A stretch of 64,000 nt of DNA from an uncultured virus (IMG/VR IMGVR_UViG_3300006789_000016) (lineage: Duplodnaviria > Heunggongvirae > Uroviricota > Caudoviricetes): positions 1-64,000 of IMG/VR virus record IMGVR_UViG_3300006789_000016; one strand, given 5' to 3'. Below the pieces are notes generated by a model that worked only from the letters and a program-made list of their open reading frames with translations, was not told the DNA's origin and made no database searches. A program made the translations under genes and the position numbers. Shown in pieces: positions 16,982 through 26,804 of this stretch (within the stretch, counting starts at the first letter, position 1; every line of letters starts with the position of its first letter).

Positions 16982-19390
16982 ATGACCTATACAGAAGAGC
17001 AAGCCAAGCAGGCTTGCTTAGAATACTTTAATAATGATTTTTTAGCTGCAGATACTGTTGTTAAAAAATATCTACTCAGAAACCTTAATGGTGAACTATT
17101 AGAGGTCTCTCCAACAGACATGCATCGGCGTTTGGCTAAAGAATTTGCACGAATTGAAAGTAATTACCCTAGTCCTCTTTCAGAAGAAGAGATTCTTTCA
17201 CAACTTGAAAGATTTTCTAAGATTATTCCTCAAGGTTCTCCCATGTATGGGATTGGAAATCCAAGACCTGTGTCTTTGAGTAATTGTGTTGTGATTGATA
17301 GTCCTAAAGATAATATCTCTGCAATCTTTGAAGGTGCACGAGATATTGCGAACCTAAGCAAAAGACGATGTGGAATTGGTGTAGACATTAGTCAGCTACG
17401 ACCAGACGGGACTGTTGTTAACAATGCAGCACAGACGACTACTGGAGCTTGGAGCTTTGCTGATCTTTACAGCTATACGCTAAGAAAGATTGGACAAAAA
17501 GGCCGGCGAGGTGCTGGTATGATCTCTATAGATGTACGACATCCAGATATAGAGAAGTTTATTACCATGAAAAAGGATCTAACTAAAGTTACTGGCGCTA
17601 ATATTAGCATTAGAATCAGAGATGATTTTATGGAGGCAGTAGAAGCCGACACTGACTTTACTTTACGTTGGCCTGTGGATAGTAAAAACCCAAGCATTAC
17701 AAGAATAGTAAAAGCAAAAGAGCTATGGAGTTTAATCACAACAACTGCCACGACTACAGCAGAGCCTGGACTAATGATGTGGGATAACATCATCAATCAT
17801 CTTCCAGCTCACTGTTATAAAGGATTTGAAACATTAACAACCAACCCTTGCGGCGAGGTCCCCTTGTCTGCTTATGATAGTTGCCGTTTGATCACTATAA
17901 ATCTAACTTCTTTTGTCCAGAATCCCTATACTTCACAGGCTAATTTTAATATAGATGATTTTAAAAACACAGTTCGCATTGCTATGCGTCTTTGTGATGA
18001 TCTAGTAGATCTTGAGCTTGAAAAACTTGAATTGATTTATCAATCTGCAGATACAGAAGATGAAAAAGTTTTATGGCAACAACTCAGAAATTCTTGTGAA
18101 AAAGGACGCCGCACTGGCTTAGGAACAACAGGCCTTGCAGATGCACTAGCTATGCTTAACCTTGAATATGGGTCAACAAATAGTCTTTATCATATAGAGA
18201 ATCTTTATGAAATATTTAAGTTAGAAGCTTACAAAGAATCAGCAAGTCTTGCACAAGAAAGAGGAGCATTTCCCGTTTGGAAACCAGGCGTAGAAGAAGA
18301 CTGTAAGTTCTTTGATCCTTTTCCTTTGGGGCTTGTTGAAAAGATGGAAGCTCATGGACGCCGAAACATATCTATCTTAACAAATGCTCCAACAGGATCA
18401 TGTTCTATCTTAGCTCAATGTTCATCAGGAATAGAGCCTATCTACAGATTAGAGTACACACGTAGAAAGAAATTATCTCATGACGAACTAGAAAATAGTT
18501 CAGATTTTATCGACAAAGATGGAGAGAAGTGGAAAGAGTTTACTGTCTTCCATCATGCCTATAATGAATATAGAAAACTAACAAAGAAAACTACTTCTTC
18601 AAAGTTTTTCGTTACCTCTGATCAAATAGATTGGAGTGCTCGTATTGACGTACAGGCAGCCATACAGCGGCATATTGATCACAGCATTAGCTCGACCATC
18701 AATCTACCCAAAGGAACACCTGTAGACGTCGTTAAAGAGCTTTATATGAAAGCCTGGAAGGAAGGCCTCAAGGGAGTTACCGTTTATGTAGAGGGGTCTC
18801 GAGCAGGTGTTCTGGTATCGAAAGATATTCAATCAACCAAAGACTTGATTACAGAAACAACAGCTCCTAAACGACCACAAGAACTTCCTTGTGAAATCCA
18901 TCATAGATCTGTGAAGGGCGAGAAGTGGACAATCTTACTTGGTCTATTAGACGATAAACCTTATGAAGTATTTGCCGGACCTGCAGAAAATATTGATATT
19001 GCCACTAAATTTACAACTGGAACAATCTTTAAATATCCAAGAAAAACAATTAACTCAAGATATGATTTAGAGTATGGGGAGAACGGCGGGACAACAAAGA
19101 TAAAGAACATTGTTAAGTGGTTTGAAAACGATGACTATGGAACAATGAGTCGTCTTGTCAGCATGAATTTAAGACATGGTGTACCTATCCATTACATCTG
19201 TGAACAATTACAGAAAGATCCCAACGGAGATCTTCTCAGTTTTAATAAAGTATTAGGACGTGTTCTCAAAACTCATATTCCAGACGGAACAGACAGAGAT
19301 AGAATCTGTGGCGAATGTAATAACGAAGGCCTGACTTACCAAGAAGGCTGTTTGACATGTACTTCTTGCGGCTACACTAAGTGTAATTAA
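16982..19390 (+). CDS. nrdJ: Class II (adenosylcobalamin-dependent) ribonucleotide reductase
   Basis: SLSNCVV, RRGAGM, TTNPCGEVPL, NAPTGS, SSGIEP, ISSTINLP, C-terminal Cys-rich zinc ribbon; no beta-subunit gene nearby. Confidence 0.92.
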   Translation: MTYTEEQAKQACLEYFNNDFLAADTVVKKYLLRNLNGELLEVSPTDMHRRLAKEFARIESNYPSPLSEEEILSQLERFSKIIPQGSPMYGIGNPRPVSLSNCVVIDSPKDNISAIFEGARDIANLSKRRCGIGVDISQLRPDGTVVNNAAQTTTGAWSFADLYSYTLRKIGQKGRRGAGMISIDVRHPDIEKFITMKKDLTKVTGANISIRIRDDFMEAVEADTDFTLRWPVDSKNPSITRIVKAKELWSLITTTATTTAEPGLMMWDNIINHLPAHCYKGFETLTTNPCGEVPLSAYDSCRLITINLTSFVQNPYTSQANFNIDDFKNTVRIAMRLCDDLVDLELEKLELIYQSADTEDEKVLWQQLRNSCEKGRRTGLGTTGLADALAMLNLEYGSTNSLYHIENLYEIFKLEAYKESASLAQERGAFPVWKPGVEEDCKFFDPFPLGLVEKMEAHGRRNISILTNAPTGSCSILAQCSSGIEPIYRLEYTRRKKLSHDELENSSDFIDKDGEKWKEFTVFHHAYNEYRKLTKKTTSSKFFVTSDQIDWSARIDVQAAIQRHIDHSISSTINLPKGTPVDVVKELYMKAWKEGLKGVTVYVEGSRAGVLVSKDIQSTKDLITETTAPKRPQELPCEIHHRSVKGEKWTILLGLLDDKPYEVFAGPAENIDIATKFTTGTIFKYPRKTINSRYDLEYGENGGTTKIKNIVKWFENDDYGTMSRLVSMNLRHGVPIHYICEQLQKDPNGDLLSFNKVLGRVLKTHIPDGTDRDRICGECNNEGLTYQEGCLTCTSCGYTKCN

Positions 19391-19695
19391 TGTCTCAAGA
19401 TGAATATTCAGAGATGGGCAAACAAATACTAAGAGCCGTTTTCACCTCAGCCGTTTTTGACTACAATAAATATGTTGTCAGAAAGCGCCTTAAGCCCAAA
19501 GAAGCATTAGCTTTCTCTACTGCAAGTCGTCTGTTATTTGACGATGATTATCGAATATTGTATGGGGACTGGGAGCTTTCTCTCGAAGAGCTTCTTTCTG
19601 TTATTAATGATAACAAAGAAGTAGATCTCGAAATAGTTAGAGAAAATATTATAAACAAGGCTTATCAGAGAAAATCAAGAAAAAAGAAAACATGA
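19390..19695 (+). CDS. Hypothetical protein
   Basis: TAATG coupling to nrdJ. Confidence 0.55.
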   Translation: MSQDEYSEMGKQILRAVFTSAVFDYNKYVVRKRLKPKEALAFSTASRLLFDDDYRILYGDWELSLEELLSVINDNKEVDLEIVRENIINKAYQRKSRKKKT

Positions 19696-20261
19696 TTCCT
19701 CCAGTAAAAATTCTTAAAATTAAAGACGAGACTGAACTAATCTTAGAGCTTGGCTCAACTGAAATTAGTTTTGTAAATGGATGTTTTGAATTACCTCATA
19801 TGGGGTATGCAACATTCTTTTGTGAAGTCTTAGCTCAAGCGAACATGATGTCTCTTACTTTTAAAATAACAGAATTGAGAAATGCCAAATATACATTTGG
19901 ACATACCCTACTGATAGCTGTCAATGACGACGAGTCTTTCAGAAAAGTTCGAGGAACAAAACCACTTTACAAGTGGGATGAAAGAGTTGATACATTAATA
20001 TCTTGTCTTCAGGGACTTACTTCTAGGAATACTTTGTTTTCAGATATTGATAAAATTATTTTCTTTAAAATGGAAGAGACTAATCCCTGCAAATTACTTA
20101 GAGTAGTTCAGCCAGGTTATATCTATAAAGGCTCAGAATATAAATATAAACAAATTCCTGAGAAAAAAGTTATCAAAAGTTATGGTGGAGAAATTAATTG
20201 GATTAAAAATCCAGTCACAATACATGGCTCTGATATTAAAAAAAGAATTCTAGAAGGATAA
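19692..20261 (+). CDS. RfaE domain II / HldC-like sugar-1-phosphate nucleotidyltransferase
   Basis: FVNGCFELPHMGY (cf. NGCFDILHxGH), LLIAVNDDESFRKVRG, P...ER, NPCKLLRVVQP...KGSEY, VIKSYGGEI. Confidence 0.75.
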   Translation: MIPPVKILKIKDETELILELGSTEISFVNGCFELPHMGYATFFCEVLAQANMMSLTFKITELRNAKYTFGHTLLIAVNDDESFRKVRGTKPLYKWDERVDTLISCLQGLTSRNTLFSDIDKIIFFKMEETNPCKLLRVVQPGYIYKGSEYKYKQIPEKKVIKSYGGEINWIKNPVTIHGSDIKKRILEG

Positions 20262-20263
20262 AA

Positions 20264-21310
20264 TTGGAACAACAGAATACCTACAAGAAAAAAGACCCAA
20301 CTCAAATTGATGCCCTCTTAGCTAGACTAACAAAGTCTATGGGCAAGGGAACTATTTTCAGACAAACAGAAGAAAGAGTTTCCGCCTGGCCCGCAATCAG
20401 TACTACTTCACTATCTTTAGACCATGCATTAGGTATTGGAGGAGTTCCCCAAGGAAGATTTGTTGAACTTCTGGGGATGGAGAGTAGTGGCAAAACCACA
20501 ATGGCGTTACATATGATTGCTGAAGCTCAAAAATTAGGAGCAACAGTCGCTTTCGTTGACGCAGAGCATGCTCTTGACCCCAACTATGCTGCAGCTCTTG
20601 GGGTAGATATGGACAACATGTTAATCTCTCAGCCCAATACTGGAGAAGAAGCACTGAATATAGTTGATGAGTTAGTTCGTTCTCAATTGATTGATCTTGT
20701 TGTTGTAGACTCTGTCGCCGCCCTTGTACCGAAGGCAGAACTGGAAGGCGGGATGGATGAACAGCAAATGGGGCTACAAGCAAGACTCATGAGTAAAGCT
20801 TGTCGAAAGCTTACACCACTTGCTCATAAAAACAACGTAACCGTTCTTTGGATTAATCAATACAGAAGCAAGATAGGAGTCTTCTTCGGCTCTCCTCATG
20901 TTGGGGCAGGAGGAAATGCATTGAAATACTACTGTTCAGTTCGAATGAAAGTCAGTCGAACAAAGACAGAGAAAACCCAGGGAGAAGCGACTCATAACAG
21001 GACTAAGGTAGAAATTATTAAAAACAAAATGGCACCACCATACAAGCAAGCACAGTTTGACATTCGCTTTGGCGTTGGCATAGATCAAGTTGGAGAACTT
21101 ATTGATATTGGTGTCTTGCATAAAATTATTAGAAAAGCAGGTCCTTACTTTTATCTAGAAGCGGAGAACGTTAAATTAGGTCAAGGGAAAACTAATTCCA
21201 TTAACTTCTTAAAGGAAAATCCTGAAATACAAACTCAATTGAAAACAGCTGTCATAGATGCTCTCTATCCCCAAGAGGAGGACGAGGAGATTATGGATGG
21301 CCTGGAGTAG
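20264..21310 (+). CDS. recA: Recombinase RecA
   Basis: GMESSGKTT, FVDAEHALDP, VVVDSVAALVPKAELEG, GLQARLMSKA, GGNALKYY, KNKMAPPYK. Confidence 0.97.
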   Translation: MEQQNTYKKKDPTQIDALLARLTKSMGKGTIFRQTEERVSAWPAISTTSLSLDHALGIGGVPQGRFVELLGMESSGKTTMALHMIAEAQKLGATVAFVDAEHALDPNYAAALGVDMDNMLISQPNTGEEALNIVDELVRSQLIDLVVVDSVAALVPKAELEGGMDEQQMGLQARLMSKACRKLTPLAHKNNVTVLWINQYRSKIGVFFGSPHVGAGGNALKYYCSVRMKVSRTKTEKTQGEATHNRTKVEIIKNKMAPPYKQAQFDIRFGVGIDQVGELIDIGVLHKIIRKAGPYFYLEAENVKLGQGKTNSINFLKENPEIQTQLKTAVIDALYPQEEDEEIMDGLE

Positions 21311-21857
21311 CCCAATTGAAGATAAGTTCAATCAAAAGATAAGGCCTTATCTGAAAAGATCACCAAAAGTAACACTCTCAAAAGTAACCCCAGGCGATTT
21401 AGTCTGGGGTTATTACGATAGCGCGTGGCAAACAACTGCTTTAATAATTAGACCTCTTGGCTCATTAAAAGCTTTTTGTTCTGAAGAAAATATCTCTAAA
21501 GAAATGGTTGAATATATTTATAGTGAATATCAATTTCTTTTAAAGATTAGACAAAATACAAATCCAGATATAAATATTACTCTTGATCCACAAATTTATA
21601 ATTGTCTAATTCAACATACAACTCCAGAATATATTCTAAAAGAAATCTGGAAGTTTTATGAAACAAATCAAGTAGGGTTGTACACAAAATCTTGTTTTCT
21701 TTCTCAATCAATGATTACTATAAAAGACAAACCCCAGTGGTGGTTTCATTGGATTGATAATGAAATCTTTTTACAAGTTTTAGAACATCCAGATTCATAT
21801 TCAGCATTTGCTACGAAATATGATTATTTTTTAGAACATTCACAGGATTATAGATGA
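21297..21857 (+). CDS. Hypothetical protein
   Basis: ATG 21297 with GAGGAG upstream. Confidence 0.55.
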   Translation: MAWSSPIEDKFNQKIRPYLKRSPKVTLSKVTPGDLVWGYYDSAWQTTALIIRPLGSLKAFCSEENISKEMVEYIYSEYQFLLKIRQNTNPDINITLDPQIYNCLIQHTTPEYILKEIWKFYETNQVGLYTKSCFLSQSMITIKDKPQWWFHWIDNEIFLQVLEHPDSYSAFATKYDYFLEHSQDYR

Positions 21858-22429
21858 CACTAGAAGAAATTAAGACTACACAACAATGGTATTCAAAACT
21901 TCCCAACCATAAAAGAGAAAAATACTTAGAGAATGAGTTAGCCAAACTTACAAAGTTTGATACAACACCCACTCTATGGGATGACTATATACAAAACAAT
22001 AACCTTTGGTGGCAAAAAGCTGACTCAAATCCAACAGCCTTATTTAAAACTATCTTTCTGGGAAAGACCTTTTTTGTAAAAATAAAACATAAAACAAATA
22101 TTATTGATATGCCAAAGTATCTACAAGCAAATACGCCTGGTTCCACACAGCTTTATGAGGGTCAGCCTGTCGCTTCAATAGGACCTTTTCAAGGAAAGAT
22201 CTTCTTTAATTCTAATGATAATCATTTTTACTTGGGAGCTACTGGGCGACATAAATATTTGCATCGATCATTCATAATGGAGTTCTTGCAAACACATGGA
22301 CAAGAGGATTACTCTTGGATGAAAGATATTGAATTATTTTATAAAGACTCATATCTTATTGGTGGCTATAAAGAATTAGAAGAGCCACAATCTAAACAAA
22401 CAGCACTTCAATGGAAATATATAGGATAG
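21854..22429 (+). CDS. Hypothetical protein (C-terminus KQTALQWKYIG)
   Basis: Start overlaps the upstream stop codon. Confidence 0.55.
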   Translation: MTLEEIKTTQQWYSKLPNHKREKYLENELAKLTKFDTTPTLWDDYIQNNNLWWQKADSNPTALFKTIFLGKTFFVKIKHKTNIIDMPKYLQANTPGSTQLYEGQPVASIGPFQGKIFFNSNDNHFYLGATGRHKYLHRSFIMEFLQTHGQEDYSWMKDIELFYKDSYLIGGYKELEEPQSKQTALQWKYIG

Positions 22430-22432
22430 ATT

Positions 22433-22987
22433 ATGCCAAAGAAAAAGAAAGTAATAAGTGCAGACGAACAAGCTCTGATTCTTTATAGCAAGGCTTCAAA
22501 TAAAAGAAGGCTTGACTTCCTTTCAAAGATAACAATTGACGCTATGGTTGCTGTTGGTTATGTCAAAGAAGGACAAAACTGGCATCCATTCAAATCTCAA
22601 ACAAGCAAATATGCTTGGAGTTGGAACAAAGACAAATATCAAGAATATTGTACTGTAGATCTCCCCATCCACACTCGTCCTGCCAATGTAGTTCTTGGAC
22701 ATCCATATTCTATTTTTTCTATTGAATTAATAGAAAAAGACAATTGGTCTAAAAAAGAATTAAAATACTGGGCAGGAGGAGTACTCGGCCCGAAGTCCCC
22801 TGCTATGAAACAACTTTGCGAATATATTCTATTGAAATTAATAGTAGATGAGTTTGAGATTTCCTCACTACAATACCTTAGAGAACCAATGGAATACTAT
22901 GAAATGAGTTTTTCTCTCATAGACTTAGATTCACTAACATCAAAAGACAAAACAAAGGCCTTGACTCACCAATGGAAAATATTGTAA
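22433..22987 (+). CDS. Hypothetical protein (C-terminus KTKALTHQWKIL)
   Basis: AGGA RBS; operon packing. Confidence 0.55.
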   Translation: MPKKKKVISADEQALILYSKASNKRRLDFLSKITIDAMVAVGYVKEGQNWHPFKSQTSKYAWSWNKDKYQEYCTVDLPIHTRPANVVLGHPYSIFSIELIEKDNWSKKELKYWAGGVLGPKSPAMKQLCEYILLKLIVDEFEISSLQYLREPMEYYEMSFSLIDLDSLTSKDKTKALTHQWKIL

Positions 22988-23493
22988 ATCAAATTGAACA
23001 AGCTGTTGAGCATAAAAAATGGGAGATTGCAAGCAATCTTGTCCTTACTGTTATTAAAAAATCTACAAATCTTAATAGTTTAATTTTACAAACAAAATGG
23101 ATTGGAAATAATCCAACTCTGAATATCCAGCTCAATCACCTTCATTTAGGTAATACAAATATTTCTATGCCTATTCAGTCTAAAAGTCAACAACAACTAA
23201 GGTTGAGAGAATTATTTAAGTCAGGTTATGGTAGGTGGAGAGATCATATTAGTCTTAGTACAGGAGTTAGGTATTCCAGATTCCCTATTTCACATAGTCA
23301 CGTAATTAAAGGAACTCCCAAGCTTGTAGCTTTGCTTTGCTTAGGAATCTATGGACTTAAAATCGAAAGCTTATATCCTCTTCAAGAAATACTTGAAGAA
23401 ACTTTGATGCCCCCTGAGCTAGGTTTTATTAAAGAAATACGTCCGGGTGTCTTAATTTTTGCCAAGCCACCAACAAAAGAAGATACTTTTTAA
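22972..23493 (+). CDS. Hypothetical protein
   Basis: TAATG coupling to dnaE. Confidence 0.55.
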   Translation: MENIVNQIEQAVEHKKWEIASNLVLTVIKKSTNLNSLILQTKWIGNNPTLNIQLNHLHLGNTNISMPIQSKSQQQLRLRELFKSGYGRWRDHISLSTGVRYSRFPISHSHVIKGTPKLVALLCLGIYGLKIESLYPLQEILEETLMPPELGFIKEIRPGVLIFAKPPTKEDTF

Positions 23494-26400
23494 TGAATAC
23501 ACCTAACTTTGTACATCTTCATATGCATACTGAGCATTCGCTTTTGGATGGCATCATTCGTGTGAAACAACTTCCTCAAGCTGTTAAAGAAATGGGAATG
23601 AATGCTGTTTCTATGACTGATCATGGAACTCTCAGTGGTGCCCTAGACTTCTATAAAGAGTGTACAAAAGCAAATGTTAAACCTCTTATTGGTTTAGAGT
23701 CTTATACTTCTAAAGACAGACTTCTTAAACAAGTAGATGATTTAGATCAAAAGTATTATCATTTACTCCTTTTGGCTCAAAATGAAGTAGGCTACAAAAA
23801 CTTATGTCAGCTTGTCTCTACAGGAAATAGGGATGGTTATTATTACAAGGGAAGACTTGACGATAAACTATTAGAGCAATACAGTGAAGGTTTGATTGCA
23901 ACTAGTACATGTCTTGGTGGGCGAATTGCACAACTATATAGACGTAGTTCTTCTGCAGCTGCAGAAAAGCTTATCATGTACTATGCAGATCTATTCAAAG
24001 ATAGATTCTTTTTAGAGATTCAGCATCATCCCACTGAACCAGAACAAGTTGCTTTAAATAATTTCCTCCTAGAAGTCTCTAGTAAATATAATATTCCTCC
24101 TATTTTGTCAGCTGATTGTCATTATTTGAAAAAATCAGATGGAATCACTAATGATTCTCCTCATGAACAGATGCTTGCTTTGAACGTAGGTTCTACCATT
24201 CATACAGAGGGTAGATTTTCGTTTGATCAACGTCATCATTATGTTCTTCCTCCCGAAGAGGTTCGTGAGATTTGTGAAACAAATCAATGGCCACTTGACT
24301 TAATGACAAATACACAACACATTGCAGACATGTGTACTGGAAAATACTTCACAGATTGTGGTGTTGGTTCTAAAATGCCCGAACCACTCAATATCAAAGT
24401 AGATTCTCTTACAGACCTAACTAAATTAGGTAAGTGGGGGTTAGTTAATCGATTTGGGTCTGTAAATAAAGTTCCAGAAAAATACAAAGCGCGCCTAAAC
24501 TATGAGCTTGAAGTTATCCACAGGATGGGTTACTCCAATTATTTCCTCATTGTCAAAGACCTTGTAGATGCTATTAGAAAAAAAGGAATAGCTATTGGGC
24601 CTGGAAGAGGATCAGCGGCGGGCTCTTTACTTAATTGGGCCTTGGGTATTACTTCTAAAGAAGCCGATCCTATTAAGCATGATCTTTATTTTGAACGTTT
24701 CCTTAACGCAGCAAGAACTGACGCCATGGTTGATGTTGACCTTGACTTCCCTACCTCTAAAAGACATTTAGTGTTTGACTATCTCAAAGAAACCTATGGA
24801 GAGAAGGGGTGTGCCCATCTGGGTACATATCAAAAGTTTAAAGCACGAGGACTTATGTGGGCCTTAGCTCGTGTTCAAGGACACAGTATTGAATACGGAA
24901 AGAAGTTATCTAAGCTAGTTCCTGAAGATCATAGAGGTGTTTCTCCGACACTAGAAGAGGCTATCGAGGCTTCTCCTGAATTACTAGAACATCCAAAAAT
25001 CTTATCAGTTGCAGAAAAAATAGAAGGGATGACTTCAAGAGCAGGCGTTCATGCTTCTGGTTACATCGTTTATAACGATGACCTGGGAAAGTATATGCCT
25101 GTTTATCAAAAGAAAGATGCTAAGACAAAGAAACCAATCATGGTTACCCAAATGGATATGCATGATGTTGAAGAAATGGGTTTCGTTAAGTTTGATATTC
25201 TTGGTATTCAAAATCTTGATGTTGTAAGCAGAACTTTAGATCTTGTTGAAAAGTATCATAATGTAACTATTGATTTAGACGCTATTGATTACCATGATGA
25301 TAATGTCTTTGCGTTAATGAGAGAAGGAAGATTAGCTGGTGTCTTCCAATTAGAAGACTCACTTCGAAACATTACTGTTAGAGTACAGCCAACATGCCTT
25401 AACGATATCTCTGTTGTTAACGCTATAGGACGCCCAGGACCTTTAGATGCTGGGCTCTTGGATGGATATGTCCTGGCTAAAGAACACGGCCTAGAGGGGC
25501 TTAAGAAGTGGGGGAAATACGGCTCTGACCGAATGTCTGAACTACTTTGGAACCTGTTGCCTGAAACCTATGGTCTCTTTATTTATCAAGAGTCTGTTAT
25601 GAGGCTTCTTGTAGAAATTGCTGGCTTCTCTCTTGCCGAGGCTGACCTTGCACGCCGAGCAATGGGAAAGAAAAAACCCGAAGAGATGAATAAGCTAAAG
25701 AAAAGATTTGTTCCTGGTGCTATTGAAAAAGTAAATGCTACCGAAGAAGAAGCAGAAACTTTATGGAAGCTTATTCAAGGTTATAGTCTTTATGGCTTTA
25801 ACAAATCCCACAGTCTTACCTATTCTATTCTTGGATACCAGGAAGCATGGCTCAAAAAGTATTATCCTGTCGAGTTTATGACTGCATTATTATCAGAAGA
25901 ATCTGATATTAATAAGATTACAAAATATATCTCTGAGTGTAAGATTTTGGGTATTAAGGTAGAAGGACCTAACGTTAATAAATCTTTAAGGCACTTCTCT
26001 ATTGAAGACGACACCATTGTCTTTGGCCTTGAAGCAATCAAGGGGATGGGTAGAGGCGCCGTCACAGCTTTATTAAAAGCAAGAGGCTCTCAACCATTCA
26101 AAGATATCTCAGACTTATTAAGTAGAGTAAACCTTACAAAGATTAACTCAGCAAAAGTTGAAGCATTAACTCATGCTGGCGCCCTCGATTGTTTAGGGTT
26201 AGGGCGACAAACTATTCTGGATCATTTTAAAAAGATTACTCAATACTTTAGAGATTTAGAAAAGTATGGCGAAAAGATACTACGCTACAAAGAAAGAGAA
26301 AAGGAAATCAAAATAGCTCTTGCTCTTAGAGAAGCAGGAGAGAAAGTTAATAAGCCCAGAATCCTTAAGAAACCTGAACTTCCTGAGAAGCCTACGATTC

Positions 26401-26804
26401 CAGCAGAAGAAAGACGTGAGATTACTTTCGATCTTCTTCAAAAGGAAAAAGAAGTCTTGGGGTATTACCTTTCAATTCATCCAACTGATTTTGTTACTGC
26501 AACCAACAATACATCTCTTATCTTAGATGTTTGTAGGACAAGACAAAGAGGGTTTTTGAATGGTGTAATCTTACAAGCCAAAGAGATAACCACAAAGAAA
26601 GGTACTCGCATGGCATTCCTCACTGTGGAAGATGCTACCGGCCAAGCCGAAGTAGTTGTCTTCCCAGGAAAAGTTTTTAAACAATACAAAAAGGCGGTAA
26701 GTAATTCTCCTAAAGATAAAATTGTTAGGATAGAATTTACAGCTGAAGATATACAGCAAACGCCAATCAAACTAATAGCAGAGCGTATAAGAGGAGTAAA
26801 ATGA
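23493..26804 (+). CDS. dnaE: DNA polymerase III alpha subunit (family C)
   Basis: PHP domain FVHLHMHTEHSLLDG, TDHG and SADCHY; GPGRGSAAGS; FERFLN; catalytic DVDLDF; HASG; KFDILG; YGFNKSHS; C-terminal OB fold. Confidence 0.97.
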   Translation: MNTPNFVHLHMHTEHSLLDGIIRVKQLPQAVKEMGMNAVSMTDHGTLSGALDFYKECTKANVKPLIGLESYTSKDRLLKQVDDLDQKYYHLLLLAQNEVGYKNLCQLVSTGNRDGYYYKGRLDDKLLEQYSEGLIATSTCLGGRIAQLYRRSSSAAAEKLIMYYADLFKDRFFLEIQHHPTEPEQVALNNFLLEVSSKYNIPPILSADCHYLKKSDGITNDSPHEQMLALNVGSTIHTEGRFSFDQRHHYVLPPEEVREICETNQWPLDLMTNTQHIADMCTGKYFTDCGVGSKMPEPLNIKVDSLTDLTKLGKWGLVNRFGSVNKVPEKYKARLNYELEVIHRMGYSNYFLIVKDLVDAIRKKGIAIGPGRGSAAGSLLNWALGITSKEADPIKHDLYFERFLNAARTDAMVDVDLDFPTSKRHLVFDYLKETYGEKGCAHLGTYQKFKARGLMWALARVQGHSIEYGKKLSKLVPEDHRGVSPTLEEAIEASPELLEHPKILSVAEKIEGMTSRAGVHASGYIVYNDDLGKYMPVYQKKDAKTKKPIMVTQMDMHDVEEMGFVKFDILGIQNLDVVSRTLDLVEKYHNVTIDLDAIDYHDDNVFALMREGRLAGVFQLEDSLRNITVRVQPTCLNDISVVNAIGRPGPLDAGLLDGYVLAKEHGLEGLKKWGKYGSDRMSELLWNLLPETYGLFIYQESVMRLLVEIAGFSLAEADLARRAMGKKKPEEMNKLKKRFVPGAIEKVNATEEEAETLWKLIQGYSLYGFNKSHSLTYSILGYQEAWLKKYYPVEFMTALLSEESDINKITKYISECKILGIKVEGPNVNKSLRHFSIEDDTIVFGLEAIKGMGRGAVTALLKARGSQPFKDISDLLSRVNLTKINSAKVEALTHAGALDCLGLGRQTILDHFKKITQYFRDLEKYGEKILRYKEREKEIKIALALREAGEKVNKPRILKKPELPEKPTIPAEERREITFDLLQKEKEVLGYYLSIHPTDFVTATNNTSLILDVCRTRQRGFLNGVILQAKEITTKKGTRMAFLTVEDATGQAEVVVFPGKVFKQYKKAVSNSPKDKIVRIEFTAEDIQQTPIKLIAERIRGVK

